Assembly (NCBI RefSeq): GCF_001194135.2
Contig: NC_068984.1
Coordinates: forward strand, 82,960,513 to 83,016,419
Direction: 5' to 3'
Length of the DNA stretch: 55,907 bases
From: Octopus bimaculoides
Taxonomy: Eukaryota
The notes beneath the pieces were generated by a model, which saw only the letters and a list, made by a program, of their open reading frames with translations, made no database searches and had not been told where the DNA came from. Shown one piece after another: positions 36,785-50,437 of the stretch. The number at the start of each line of letters is the position of its first letter. Within the stretch, counting starts at the first letter, position 1. The position numbers were made by a program, and so were the translations under genes.

Positions 36785-39700
36785 GTAAATAATATGTATT
36801 TTAAAATTTCAAATAATAATTTCACAGTTGTACTTGTTTGGTGAATGATTTGATCTGAGATTTTTTGTTGAAATTGAACCAATTATATCATGATAGAGTT
36901 AGTGACCTGGTTGTTGATGTATAACAATCTTTTCTAACACTTAATAGTTTGTCATAACATAATCACAAAAGCAAAACAAAAGTGAATATAAATATATATT
37001 TATAGTGCCAGAGCATGCCAGCATGGAAAAGTGGATGTAAGATAATATCATCATCATAATCATTATAGCATTCCCTTTTCCATACTTGCTTGGGTTGGAG
37101 GGAGTTTAATGAGGTAGATTTTTCTATACCTGGAAGTTCTTCCTGTTTCCAGCACTCACCTATTTTTGAGCAAGGTAATATTTCCCCATAGCTTGATATG
37201 TTCTTGTAGACTATTAGAAATTTAACGACACTACTTGTATGATAGTAATACTTGTTTACTATTACCATACAATGTCAAGATGGCAGATAGAAAGCTTTGG
37301 TCAGCCTGTGGTTATAGTGAAAGACACTTGCCCAAGATGTCACACAATGGGATTGAATGAACAACCATGTGGTTAGGAAGCAAGTTTCTTAATATACATC
37401 TATGCCTATATATCTACACTTGCTGCTGATGTATGAAATTACTAAAATGTAAAATTTCCAAAAAAATATATTTTTTTATTTTCAACTTTTTAAAAAATTG
37501 ATTGTTAAATGTTATTTTCCTTCTTACTTATTGACTTTTAAATTACATAAGTTACATATTCTTTTGCTAGTTTTTGAAAATAAATTTTATTCTAATGACT
37601 AAAGATTAATCCTTTTGTACCAGGACCATGTAAAAAGCACCCAGTACACTCTTTAAAGTGGGTGGCATTAGGAAAGGCATCCAGCCATAGAAATCATGTC
37701 AAAACAGATGACTGGAGCCTGGTGCAGCCCTCCAGCTTGCTAGCTCCTGTCAAGCCGTCCAACCCATACCAGCATGGAAAATAGACAGTAAATGATGTCA
37801 TTGATGACTTACCAGTGAAATATACCACCTTTGTTTCAGTTAATTAAAAACAAATGCAAAGAATTTAGTAAAATAACTTCATTATTATTAAGCTGGTGTT
37901 TTAGTGTATGTCACTTTAAAACAGGAACCAAGGCAGTTTCAAATGAGGTGGTATCACAAGGGCCTTGGATATCAACTGTAGCTCTCAGATCAGAATAACT
38001 GAGATGAATGAGATTGATATGTTTGAAGAGTTGGAAATTATTGCATGTATCTATGTGTTAGGGAAAAAAGCAAAGGGTCAAATATGAGAGGAAGGGTGTG
38101 TGCACACTAGGGAAATATATTCAGTGTCTACTAGTAATATATGGATGTAGCATGGCTAAATGGTTGAGAAGCTTGTTTTACAATCACAAGGTGATGGGTT
38201 TGATCTCACTGCACAGCTTCTTGGACAAGTTTCTTGTACAATAGCTTCAGGCTGACACAAGCCTTACGAGCAGAACTGGATAGATAGAAACTCTGTGGAT
38301 TATACCTGTAATTGAACCCTTTAACATTTAAACTGGCCATATCAAGCCCAAATATTCTATCTATTTTATGTTCAAACTGATCAGATCTGGCCTCTCACAC
38401 CTAACCTACATTGTCATTCTGAAAGTAAACAATTAATTACATCATTGAAATCTCAAAGCTACAAGGTAATGAATAATTAATTCAAAACTATGTGGATGAA
38501 AAGGCATTACATTAGACAGAGTAATCTGAATGCTAAAGAGTTAATGTTTTTATACTATGTCACATTGATTATGCTCGAGAAATGCATTGTGAATACATAT
38601 ATCTGTGGAATATTCAACTACTTACATGCTAATTCAATGAACTTGGTACTTCAGTTTGTCTAACGGCTGAACACTCATTGTTTACACTTAGTGAGATCAA
38701 TTAAATAATAAAACACTTGTACATTATTAATAATAATACAGCAGATTTTAAGATTAATTGTTTTAGGAATATATAGGTGATGGTCACTGAAAGAGAAAAA
38801 TAAATATATTATAAATTGACAGTGAATCAACAAACATAAGAAATAATGCAGCCATTATATCATTTATTGTTTAGCCCTAGGACAGCTCTGACAGGGCAGG
38901 TGTAACCTATGATTAAAAATCTTCCATTCATGACCATCCCTGTCATTGTTTCAGAGATAATGTATCCAAGCTGCATTATTTTATATGTCCTTCTTTTTAA
39001 AGATGGTATGATGTGATTGACTTCTGTTTCTAGCAGGCTGATATCATATTTGTTATGTTATGTAAAAATGTAAAAGTATCCTAGGATGGTACAAACATGG
39101 TTGAATGTAAGGTTAAGAAAATCAGGCTGTTATTTCTAGCAGATTGAGATTACATAGAGACTTTTCCGTAGGATCGATATATCATCATCATCATCATCAT
39201 CATCATCAGTTAACCTCTGCTTTCCATGCTGGAATCCGTTGGACTGTTTGATAGGAGCTGACTAGTTGAAAGGCTATTCAGGCTCCATATCTGTTTTGGC
39301 ATGGTTTTATGGCTGGATGCCCTTCTTAACACCATGTAGAAATACACAGTTTGGTATGGAGATGGATGGATGTAGAATTAAAATCAACCAAATATATTGT
39401 AGTTTCTAGAAACTTTATGCAGCTGTTATTTTGAAGTCTTCGTTGAGGTAGAAAATCTACCTCAACAAATTCCATCTGACCTATTCAAGCCTAAAAAAGT
39501 GGACATTAAAACGACGATGTCGAAAATGGTGACATACACATGCATGTATGTGCACGCGCGCACACACACACACACACACAAAACCTTCCCATGATTTAAT
39601 GGACTAATATCGAGAATCACAATTCCATTTATATCAAATGCCCATTAAGTTGGAAGTAACCCAAGAGCTATTTTTTTTGTGCTTAATGTAAAAAATGAAG

Positions 39701-39993
39701 AACTTGAATGCAATATTTACTTTTGCACAACATAAAATTATTAGATTATAATAAAAATATATAATTTTATTTCCCTTTTTGACTGTGTAGTTGAAGAGTA
39801 TTTTGAAAAGTGTTATTAAAAACTCAAATTCCATCAAATTAAGGTCTATTAAACTGAGAGCTTATCATTTGTGTGTGTGTATCGTGTGTGTGTGTGTGTG
39901 TGTATGTGTTTGTGTGTGTGTGTGTGCACGTGTGTTAGTATATATCTATCTCCATCACATTGTCATGAATGTATATATAAATATATTTTGCAG

Positions 39994-40052
39994 AGGCACT
40001 ACGGCATGGTTTAATCAGTCGAGTTGTCAGTCCTGAGTTGCTAGAGGAGGAG
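39994..40052 (+). CDS. ECHDC3: ECHDC3 coding exon 8
   Basis: ttgcAG|(E)ALRHGLISRVVSPELLEEE|GTAAGA. Confidence 0.96.
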
Positions 40053-40426
40053 GTAAGAAACCCAAGCTTTGTTACTGGAAGTTAAATCAGACTATGTCCA
40101 GTGGAAGTTTCAGTGCCTTTGGATCAGTATTGAGATGTGACTTGGTATAACACAATATGTCTTGATGATGTTATTGTGGCTACGGTTTAATTTTTTTTTT
40201 TTGGATTTGTTTTACTACTTTTAGTCATTGGATTGTGTGACAATTGTTGGGTATCAAGTGTTTAATTGATTATATTGTCCTCAATGCTTATTTCATTGAT
40301 TTCTGTTTGCTTCACCAAAAGTTGTGGAGCATAAAAGGACACAACATAATAAGTACAGCTGTAGATACCATTCACTCACACCCACATCCACACACATACA
40401 TGTATATATGTGCGTGTGTGTGTGTG

Positions 40427-40458
<32 letters not shown>

Positions 40459-40486
40459 CACCTCCACACACACACATATATACATA

Positions 40487-40538
<52 letters not shown>

Positions 40539-41188
40539 NNNNNNNNNNCAATGCATTTTGCATTGTTTTAGCCTTCAAATGATGCCACCCTGCTGGCTAT
40601 GCAAGCAGGCCAACATTCCCCTTGATCGAAAGCGGAACTGGAGCAACATGAAATGAAGTGTTTTGCTCAAGAGCATAACGTGCTGCCCAATCAGGGAAGC
40701 AAACCCTGCATCTTCACACAGATGAAAAGAACCAAAGTTCATGAACTAATCCATGAAAATCCACAGTTACATATAGAAAAATTAATAAGTAAATGCACGA
40801 TAAATAAGTATAATATAATACAAAGTAAATATCATAAGATAATGATAATAAAACGACTACATGTGTTTCATAACCAAATTTTCAAATAGAAAATAAAAAA
40901 TATTCTTCAGTGCTGCCTCTGAGGATATGAAGTTAGTTCAATATATTCCATATCTTCATATGAGGATATGAAGTTAGTTCAATTATTTAATTTGAGAGAC
41001 TACACATGTATAGTTGTGAAGCTTAAATATAGGTAAGGGTGGCAGCTATCATTTGAACAAATTGTGTAGTGCTGGGTTTAGATGTTGCAAATGAGGCACT
41101 GTAGGTGTCACTTTGATGAGAGGTGAGTGTGTTGATTACATCAAAATGTTATTTGGATTGCATTGTTATTTTGTATTTTTCATTTTAG

Positions 41189-41295
41189 ACTATAAAAATT
41201 GCTCAACGAATATGTGAAGGCAGTCGGAGTGTTTTGTCCATGGGTAAGGCAGCATTTCAAATGCAGATGAATATGGATCGAGATGCTGCTTACTA
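41189..41295 (+). CDS. ECHDC3: ECHDC3 coding exon 9
   Basis: ttttAG|TIKIAQRICEGSRSVLSMGKAAFQMQMNMDRDAAY(Y)|GTAAGT. Confidence 0.95.
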
Positions 41296-42565
41296 GTAAG
41301 TTACAGGAATTAACTGTGAAGATAACGGTGTTTATATTCTCTGAGAGTGTGCAAATATGTTTGCTGATAATTCTATTTCTTCTTTTTTTTTTTTAAATTC
41401 TTTCACTGGCTTCACTCATTGGATTGAGGGGTACCCCGCTTTAAGAATTCAGTCACTCATATTGACCACAGTATTTATTTTGTGGTACCTGTTTTATCAA
41501 CCAGTATTTGTTGAACTGCAAATTTAGGAGACATAAAGTGACACTACACAAACAACACCACTTTTTGGACTTGTGTAAAACATAAAGTCAGTCTCACAAA
41601 CATTTACATCTACATATATTGATATGAAATTAACTTCTGCACAGTTTTGTTTTGTGAATTCTGCTGACAAAATGCTGGTCAACTCAAGCTTGTAGAGGAC
41701 ACTTGTTCCAGGGGTTGTGCAGTGGAATACAACCTGAAACAACCTAGTTGTGAAACATATTTCTTACCCACATGATCATATCTGCATCTGTTGTGTCTAA
41801 TACAGATATATGTTGACAGTATATATTTTCATCTGTTAGAGTTTCATTAGCTTCTTACATTATGTAAGCGTTATGACTTAACTGTTTGTTTTTCATACGT
41901 AAGATGTTCATGGCTAATTCATCTTCGTCCTACACCCAGTTCTTATAAATGACAAGTGCCTACACTGTTGTTATGGTATATTATTACCTGACTGATGTAC
42001 CTAGAACCATTTATCAGAATTAATGGCCAAACTAGGACGTCTAGACAAGCAAGTGATTGTGGCCATAAGCTCCATCTATTATCAACAAATGTTCATTTGA
42101 GGGATCAGGAGGCCATGGATGCTGATGAGCAGACATGTACTAAAACTAGGGGATTTACATGTATCTCCCAAGAGAGAAATAGAGAGTTAGTTTTAATGTT
42201 TTTACCATTAAAAAATTCAAATTAAAGATAATTATGCTCTGATGAAAAGGCATTAGCTAAATGTCTTTTAAGAATATGTTTATTCTAATGATTTTGTATG
42301 AGAGACAACTCTGGACATTTTTTGGTCTTATTAGATCTCCTCAGACTTCCTAACTTTTGCAAGAAACAACTTTAGTACGTAGATGTACAATAATATATGC
42401 AAGTAGGTATGGAAAGTTTTGAGCAGTAACCTTTATTGGGGAGAAATATCATCAGTATAGAAGGGTCATCCTCCTCCTCCATCATCTTTTAACACTTATC
42501 TTCCATGCTGGCATTCTGTGCATTATGAGTTCAAAATCCTGCTTAAACCACTATAATACATATAG

Positions 42566-42597
<32 letters not shown>

Positions 42598-44140
42598 GTG
42601 CAGACATAGCTGTGTGGTCTGAAGTTTGCTTCCCAATCACATAGTTGTGGCACTTTGAGTAAGTGTCTTCTACTATAGTCCCAGGCCAAGCAAAGCCTTG
42701 TAAGATTTGGTACAAGGAAACTGAAAGAAACCCAATATGCATATACATATGTTTGTATAATTTGAGGGAAGATTGACTAATATTTCTAGTAGGTCAAACA
42801 ACCATTTAAATGTTCTCTCACTGTCTTACATCACTTACTGTATTGGATGCAGGAGGTAAATTTTAAGAAGCAGTCTCAATTAAAATGTTTTTTTTTATAT
42901 CATCAAATATTATTTAGCCCCAGGTCAAGCTTAACGGAGCAATCACAGTGTCTGTGAAAGAGGACAAATGCCTGAAACACTGGATTTTTCAGTGTTTGAA
43001 GTAAACAACACTTGCAATTTATTTACTTTTTATAAGTTCCCTTTTTCTGTGTACATTAATGAATTAACTGAGTTCAAATCCTGCTGAGGTCAACTTTGCC
43101 TTTCCTTCCTCTATAAAATATGGTTCCAGTTGAGTATTCAGATTGATATGTTCAAATAATCCCCTCCTCAGTTTTCAGGTTTTGTACTTTTATTAGAAAC
43201 AATTGAATAGGCTGAATTGTTAGACTGATGGAAGAAATGCCTTATAGTATTTGTAGCATTCATTCAAGCTCTTTATGTTCTGAGTTCAAAACTCGCCAGG
43301 GGTCAACTTTGATTTTCATGTTTTTAGGGTCAATAAAATAAAGTCCTGTGGTTGATGGTATCTTGTCTTCAAAATTTTTGGCCTTGAGCCTAATTTAGAA
43401 ATCATTGCCACCACCACCACCACCACCACCATCATTATTAGTATTATCTTCATCATCATCATCATCATGATATTGAATTGGCAATAACATTAGAACAACA
43501 GACAAAATAAATGCTCTGTGGTATTTGTTGAAGCTCTTTATGTTCTAAGTTCAAATTGTGCTGAGGCCATCTTCATCTTTTATCTTTCTGGGGGGTCAAT
43601 AAAAATAAAGTACTTGGACAAGTTAATTGACCAACCTCTTCCCAACCAAGTTTGCAATTCTGTGCCTATGATAGAAACAATTATTATCATTACGAGGGTA
43701 TTGAAGGTGGCAAGTTGGCATATGTTGGACAAAATTCTTAGCAGTATTTATTCTGGCTTTTTGCTCATTGTTCAAATGCTGCTAAGGTCAGCTTTGCTTT
43801 TCAGGGACAATAAAGTAAGTACTTGAGCTGTGGGGTCAGTGTAATCAACTTCCCCTCCCCTCACAATTGCTGGCCTGGTGCCAAAATTGGAAAGAATTAT
43901 TACAAGGGTATTGTATTAGGTGGAATCGTTAGAGGCTTGGACAAAACGACTTGTCCAGGCTCTTTACAAAATTTGAGTTCAAATTCCATGAGGAGCAACT
44001 TCCCTTTCATCTTTCTGTAACTGGGAAAATACAGTCAAGTAGTTCAATTGTCTTATTGACTAAGATTTATCCAAGAAATCTGTGGCCTCTTGCCAGTATT
44101 TGAAATTATAATTATCCTTTTTCTTTTCTCTGTTTTGCAG

Positions 44141-44243
44141 CTATGCTGAGAAAATAATGATTTCTAATCTAAATAAGGAGGATGGGCAAGAGGGCATCAA
44201 ATCATTTCTGGAGAAGAGACGTCCTCAGTGGTGCCACAAATGA
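44141..44243 (+). CDS. ECHDC3: ECHDC3 coding exon 10 (terminal)
   Basis: ttgcAG|YAEKIMISNLNKEDGQEGIKSFLEKRRPQWCHK*; all phases are consistent, total 870 nt = 289 aa + stop. Confidence 0.96.
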
Positions 44244-45160
44244 TAGCTATTTCTCATAATAGGACACGCGTGCACACACACACATGCATGCACACACACA
44301 CGCACACACACACACACACAAACTAACAAGATCAGACATAAACATGCACTTGCATGTATGCTTGTAGGTAAACGCATGCATGGAGCAAGCATGCTCATAT
44401 AGCTGCATTTATAACACAACATACACATGCTCACAAATATATCACTCATAAATATGCATATTGCAGACACATACACACTTGCAAATATACACAAACATAT
44501 GCACTCATAAATATGTGCACACATATTTATATACATTGTAATGTATAATACCCACACGTAGAAACTTGTGCTATCATACATACTTATCTATGCATCCACT
44601 TACACGCACACACACACACATGCACAGTAATAAACAGGTTCAAGTACATACTTGCATGCTGTATCAACACACCTCTGTACAAGCAAACATATATTTGCAT
44701 ACAACACATTCACATACTCATGTGCACACATACACACTAACAAGTATGCATATGCACTCATGCATGCACATCTGTACTTACAGTCTCTTAAGCATACCAC
44801 TCACAAATATATACATGTGGTTACACATTTTATTTTATAGATGCGGTGCTTGCTGTGCTGAATTCTCTGTGCTTACATTGCACAGTGTTTTTCAACCAAC
44901 CAACCAACCAACCAACTAATCAAAAGTCTCAAATGCATATATGATAAACTAACAATGAAATATCATTGTTATAACACCCTATCAACACCCTTAATCCCAT
45001 GCCCTCAAACGTGTGATATATAATTCCCTAACACCTTCCTGAAAATTTTATAACAGAATCCCTTGTATTTTATGACATCTTCAAAATACTGAAGGAATTT
45101 TCCTGTAAATGTGTTGCTTTAGGTCAAATTGAATTTTAATTAAACAAATAGACTAATGAT

Positions 45161-45219
45161 AATAAAATACTTGAAAAAACAAGAAAAAGAAAAGAAATTT
45201 TTTTTTACTTGTAAATAAA
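45161..45219 (+). terminator. Candidate ECHDC3 poly(A) signals
   Basis: AATAAA at 45161-45166 and 45214-45219 followed by T-rich sequence; an earlier AATAAA lies at 44629. Confidence 0.4.
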
Positions 45220-46999
45220 AGATTTAATTAATAAAAACATTAATTAACATTTTTTTGATTATCAAATTTTAAAATTTGTAAGTTGTCTCTTTTTCTTTGC
45301 TTTTGTTCCTATTATTTTATTAGCTTTTACATTTTGTAGGTGGCAGTTTATCAAAAGCGTTAGCATGTCAGATGTATATACTTTGACTTCTTACATTCTG
45401 GGTTCATTTCCTGTTTTTGACTCCTTACATTCTGGGTTCAACTCCTGCTCTGCTTTAGATCTTTCAGTGTTAATGAAATACCAATCTAAGGCATTTGAAT
45501 AATGAAACTAGAGCATCAAACAAGAAGCTTTGTACTGTTTGTTCTGGTTCTTTGTATTCTGATTTGAAATCTTGCTGTGGCTTTAATGTCTAGTTTAATA
45601 CCACCATCTAGTCCATTCTGTTGGAAGCATTCAGGTCAAGTCTTTGATTTGAAGATAACTTCCTCCCCCTCTTCTACCAATCTCAAAGACCATACCCTTC
45701 ATTCTAACCGAACAATAAAAAATCCAGGTGATTAAAAAGAAAGCAGCTTAAAATCCTGTCTCTAACAGAAGTGACAGAGCAATGGATTACATTTTCCCAT
45801 TTTTTAAATAAGAATAAATAAGGGCAAGAATGCATAACTTTTGTGGATCTTCCGTAAGTGATGAAATTAATACCTTGCAATATTTAGTATGTCCCTGCCA
45901 ATTTGGGCTCAAATCCTGCTAAGGTTGATTTACTATTTTCCTGAGTTCAATAAAATAAAGTATCATTTAAGCACTAGAATCAATTTGTGTGACTGTTCCC
46001 ACTTCTGAAATTCCTGATTATGTATGTTATGAGACTGGTTTTGATGTTAAGGTAATTAAATACTGATCTAATCTTCAGTTTGTTTCAACCATCATGTATA
46101 TGGCCAAGTTGGATCAATGTTTCCATGGTCACAGTTCAAATTTAACTACTGTCATTAAGAGTTCTAACTATGCTTAACATATTGATGGCAGNNNNNNNNN
46201 NATATATATATATATATATAACACATGCTGTGAAGTAGAGCCTGCCTTACATTTTAAGCATAAGTAAGACCACATCAGTGTCAAAATAGCTTCCAAAGAA
46301 ATAGACCCCACCTTCATGTAAGTATGAAATAATGGATGTAAAACTAAACTTTTTTACATAGACCTCCACTGTTTGCTAGGTTGGTGATTATATCTAGTTT
46401 TTGGAAATGTGAAGACATAGCTTCTGGGTCTACAAATCTATTATGACTTTATTTTATTTTATTTAAATGCTAGGACCTAAGTAAGAAAATCCCTGCCCCT
46501 GCTAGATAAGCAATTCCCTGAAGATCATAGATGTAGAAAAATATTTAATAGGTGTTCTTCATTGGACTCCTATAGTTGTGGTCCCAATATAAAGAAATTA
46601 ATCTCAGGTAGATCTACAATGGACTATTCCCGATTGCACTGGCAGAAATGCTAGATTAGACATACAATGTCAAGTCAATTGTTTAAGAATCTGAAGTCAC
46701 ATCAAATACATGAAGTAAAATGGTCGATAGGTAAAATTGTATTGGTATATGTGCGGGTGACCATGAAAAAATCTATAATCACATGTAATCATTCAGGCAC
46801 ACTGACAAAAGAAATTCTATGACTTAAACCATATCTGGAAATTGAAGAGTAGCAACATTGCTTCCAGCATCAAAGGAATGGTCCTCAAAATACTAAAGCT
46901 GTATGTGAATGGATGAAATTGTAACAGAAAAAATACTTAACTTGCTAAAGATGAAGAACAGCAACTGCTATTTAAATTCCAGAACTGAGATTTACCCTA

Positions 47000-47420
47000 G
47001 ATGTTTCCATCTCAACAAGTTTATCATATCCAATTGGAAATATTGCCTACACTGGGATGACTAGATCACAATTCTCCTGGTCTGCGCTCCATTTGCATCA
47101 ATTATCAAAAGAACAACTGGTTTTCCACAATCTCTTTAGCTAGGTCATGATATTTCTCAATTTTCTCAATTTCTTTAGTCCGCTGTATTATCATAGGATA
47201 TTGCAAACTCTATGATCTTACATATTTTCTTTGTCCTCTACAACCATATCTGGTCTCTTTGCTTCACTAGTATGATCAGTCTTTAAGGAGATACTTCTTT
47301 AAATCCTGTAATTTTTATTCACAATTACAGCCTCTAGCTCTTACCACTTTTCTGTTATGTTCTCAGACATTCAGCTAACATCATAATGCACTTTTTTTAC
47401 CGACACAGTTTTGTCTGTGC
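47000..47420 (-). mobile_element. R4/Dong-like LINE restriction-like endonuclease fragment
   Basis: TDHTSEAKRPDMVVEDK / CKIIEFAISYD / TKEIEKIEKYHDLAKEI, with frameshifts; PD..D..K RLE motif. Confidence 0.8.
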
Positions 47421-47629
47421 TTATTCGCATTTTGTGTTAATTTACTGCATTCAATTAAGAGATGGTTATTACTTTCATCTTCTTTTCCACATTTTCTGTA
47501 TTTGCTCTATGAGTTTTATGAATCATTCTTATGGCTTATTCTTGATGCATTAAATTTCATATTGTTTTTATCTGCTTATTGATAAATGAGGTTTGACTCA
47601 TTTTGGAGTGTGACGACATCTTCTGGAAC

Positions 47630-47810
47630 TTAGACAGCCATCAATAATTTTGTGTCATCAGTGTAATTTGTTAGGTTGGCCAAGTGCACCTGTGAGTCTG
47701 TAACTGATAGTTGATAAACAATAATGGTCCTGGAACTGCTCTGAAGTATAACTTATTACAGAGAACTTTGCGGAGAGAAAACCATTTGCAGCTACCATGT
47801 AAGAAGTTAA
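47630..47810 (-). mobile_element. CR1-like RT fragment
   Basis: AVPGPLLFINY / LANLTNYTDDTKLL (decayed GPLLF..YADDTKL). Confidence 0.6.
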
Positions 47811-47988
47811 AGAACCATTATCCAGGTTTCCCGTGATATCAAGATCCCTTATCCTATGATATGTGTGTGTGTGTTTATATATAGTTAATAAAAAACACGG
47901 AGAAAAAAGACAAGAAAAAACAATAACTCAAGGATGTAGTACATGTAAAGTATTAAGAAGACGCTCAGAGAAGGAAAGAAAGAGCAGT

Positions 47989-48025
47989 TGTTTTACGTTT
48001 CGAGTAAAGCTCTTCTTCGGAAACA
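47989..48025 (-). ncRNA. Minimal type-I hammerhead-ribozyme-like motif (Penelope-like element end)
   Basis: UGUUU-CCGAAGA-A-GAG(CUUUA)CUC-GAAA-CGUA-AAACA: 5-bp stem I, stem II, palindromic ACGU stem III and a GUA triplet; U4 is C. Confidence 0.5.
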
Positions 48026-50390
48026 GGACACATAGGAAAGTCCAAAAGGAAAAGAAGAAGGAGGAAAAAAATCAACAACAGTTCAGGTGTAGTTATATAC
48101 CATCTATCCAGCTAATTCTTTCCTCCTCTTATATACATATATATATATATANNNNNNNNNNNNNNNNNNNNNNNNNNNNNNNNNNNNNNNNNNNNNNNNN
48201 NNNNNTATATTCTTTTATTCTGTTACTTGTTTCAGTCGTTAGACTCCGGCCACATGTATATATTTAAAACACTTCTAACTGATACACACTCACTTAGTTT
48301 TCTTTATCTTTTTCTGTCGTGGCTTATCTTTAGTTTTTAATAGTTTTAAAATGTATGCTAGTTGACATTTCATAAAACCGAGACATTGTCGATAGTTTGT
48401 ATTTCCTTTTCTTAATGACGGCAATTTAGCAGAAGCACTGCAGTACCAGACGAGATGGATTACAGTATTTGGTTATGGTTTCAGTTTCTCAACGTTTTTA
48501 AGTTTATATCGCATCGAACTTGTTTTTTCCCTCATCCATCTGGAATCAAATAACTAATTACCAGCAATACACTAGGGTATATTCATTAATATGCTGTTTC
48601 CTTGAAGAACCAGACTAATTATAAGAACTACCAAAGTTAAGAGGAGGCATCATTTTACGTAATAAGTTATAAATTTACAGAACTGCTAGAACCTTGTATT
48701 TAATTATGGATATTTGTGTCCTGATTTCAAATACCGCCAAAGACAGCTTTGCATTTCAAATTGTCGAAGTGTATAGAATAAAGTACTAGTGAAGCACTAG
48801 AATCAATATATATTCCAATAATGCAATGTTGCAAAACATAATTCAGTTTGACCACCAGTGGTCCATTACAATAGTTATTCAGTTTCATAAGATCAAAGTC
48901 ACTAATTTTGTTGCTTAAAGAGATCTGAAATCAATTGATAGCAAATTTGCGCGCATTTTATTATACAATCGAAGGTTAATTTCTGAATTTAAAATATTTT
49001 TGTTCTAGTGTGTTGTTACATAATGTAATTGAAGGTAAATATATATTACATGGTCCATGAAGTCTACTATTAATCATCTTCGAAGAAGGGTTGTGTTCAC
49101 ATCTATAATACATCCTAAATGTGAATGAAATTATCAAAATAGAAAACAAGGCAATTAATTTTATTATATTTTGTTCTATTCAATTTTATTTCATTCTATT
49201 TTATCTCATAGCAAAAGAAAAGGGGTGGGGATGCAGTTTAGAGTCTTTTGGTGGTGTTGGGGTTACGCAGAGAGTTCATACTGAATTCTTTCAAATAAAG
49301 TTCTGAACTTCATCGATATTCAACTAAATGTCATGAGCCATTTGCCAACATTTTTGTGTTGTTTTTTTGTTTTTTATATAATATATTTCAAGAAGGAACA
49401 GCTTCGTTGAACTTTACAGACTCTCCTTTCGTGGTGGGGTTAATGTTCCTGATGTCCAGTGTAAACATCTGCAGGTAAATACCAGCAGAAAAATAAAGAA
49501 AAATATTAAAAAATGGGTTTTGTGAGAACTGTGGGGAGGGTCAAGTCTGAATGTTTGCAACAGAATGAATTCTGTTAAAGTCATCCAAGGATCAGGTGAG
49601 GGTGCTAACACCACCTCCGGTCTTTGGATGTCTTAAGCTTACTAACAAAACTAATGGTACGCTAGGAAAATGTTGCGATGTTTAAACTGGGCGTTGTCTT
49701 AGGCTTGTTTAGCAAAATTAAAGGCACTCAAAGACTAAAAACGGTATTGTTGTTTTTGTTTAGCTACTTTTCAGCTTTGATCAATCAGACACGCTGTGCT
49801 CCTGCCGATGCCCAGTTCAGTCTTGACCGAGCAGACCTATGATACGCATTCCAGCCATGAGCATCCCGTCTTTTCCCAGGCATTGTGTACGCCGGGTTAT
49901 ATTGCCCCATGTGTACTACTTAGTAGGAATGATTTAACGGAGATGTGGCTATTATTTCAAGCAGGTCGAGTGACCAAGTTCATGTTCCCGGTCAGTGTTA
50001 GACGTACCACTAATGCTAGAGGAATTTATTTATTAACTGTTGTTGTTCAGCCCCCAAGACAATCTGATCGAGAAGTCCTACGATCAAATTAACCAATGTT
50101 TTCTTTCTATAAAAAATAAGGTATTAGAAGGCAGTTTGGTTGCTGCTTTTAGTAGGTTGAGTGACCTCACGGATGCTCATTATAAACCAGCTGGTATGTA
50201 AGCTAGCTAATTACTGAAAGCGACGTTAGCAATTTGGTCACAAACAACACTATGGCAACTGCATACTTTTAAAATCTTTCCGCTGCCCAAGCGTGCACGA
50301 AGGATCACGTGTACAGACACATAACTGAAAAATTTCACACGCGCGCGCGAACACATTCACACATTTTAATATCAGATTTATTCTATTTGG

Positions 50391-50437
<47 letters not shown>

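Noticed and set aside
41294-41296. In-frame TAG across the ECHDC3 exon 9 donor
   Set aside because: Splicing (TA|C) restores Tyr and homology continues in exon 10; not a pseudogene lesion.
49420-49595. Two plus-strand exon-like segments with good donors
   Set aside because: The intervening intron lacks a polypyrimidine tract, there is no consistent partner exon, and no recognisable product.
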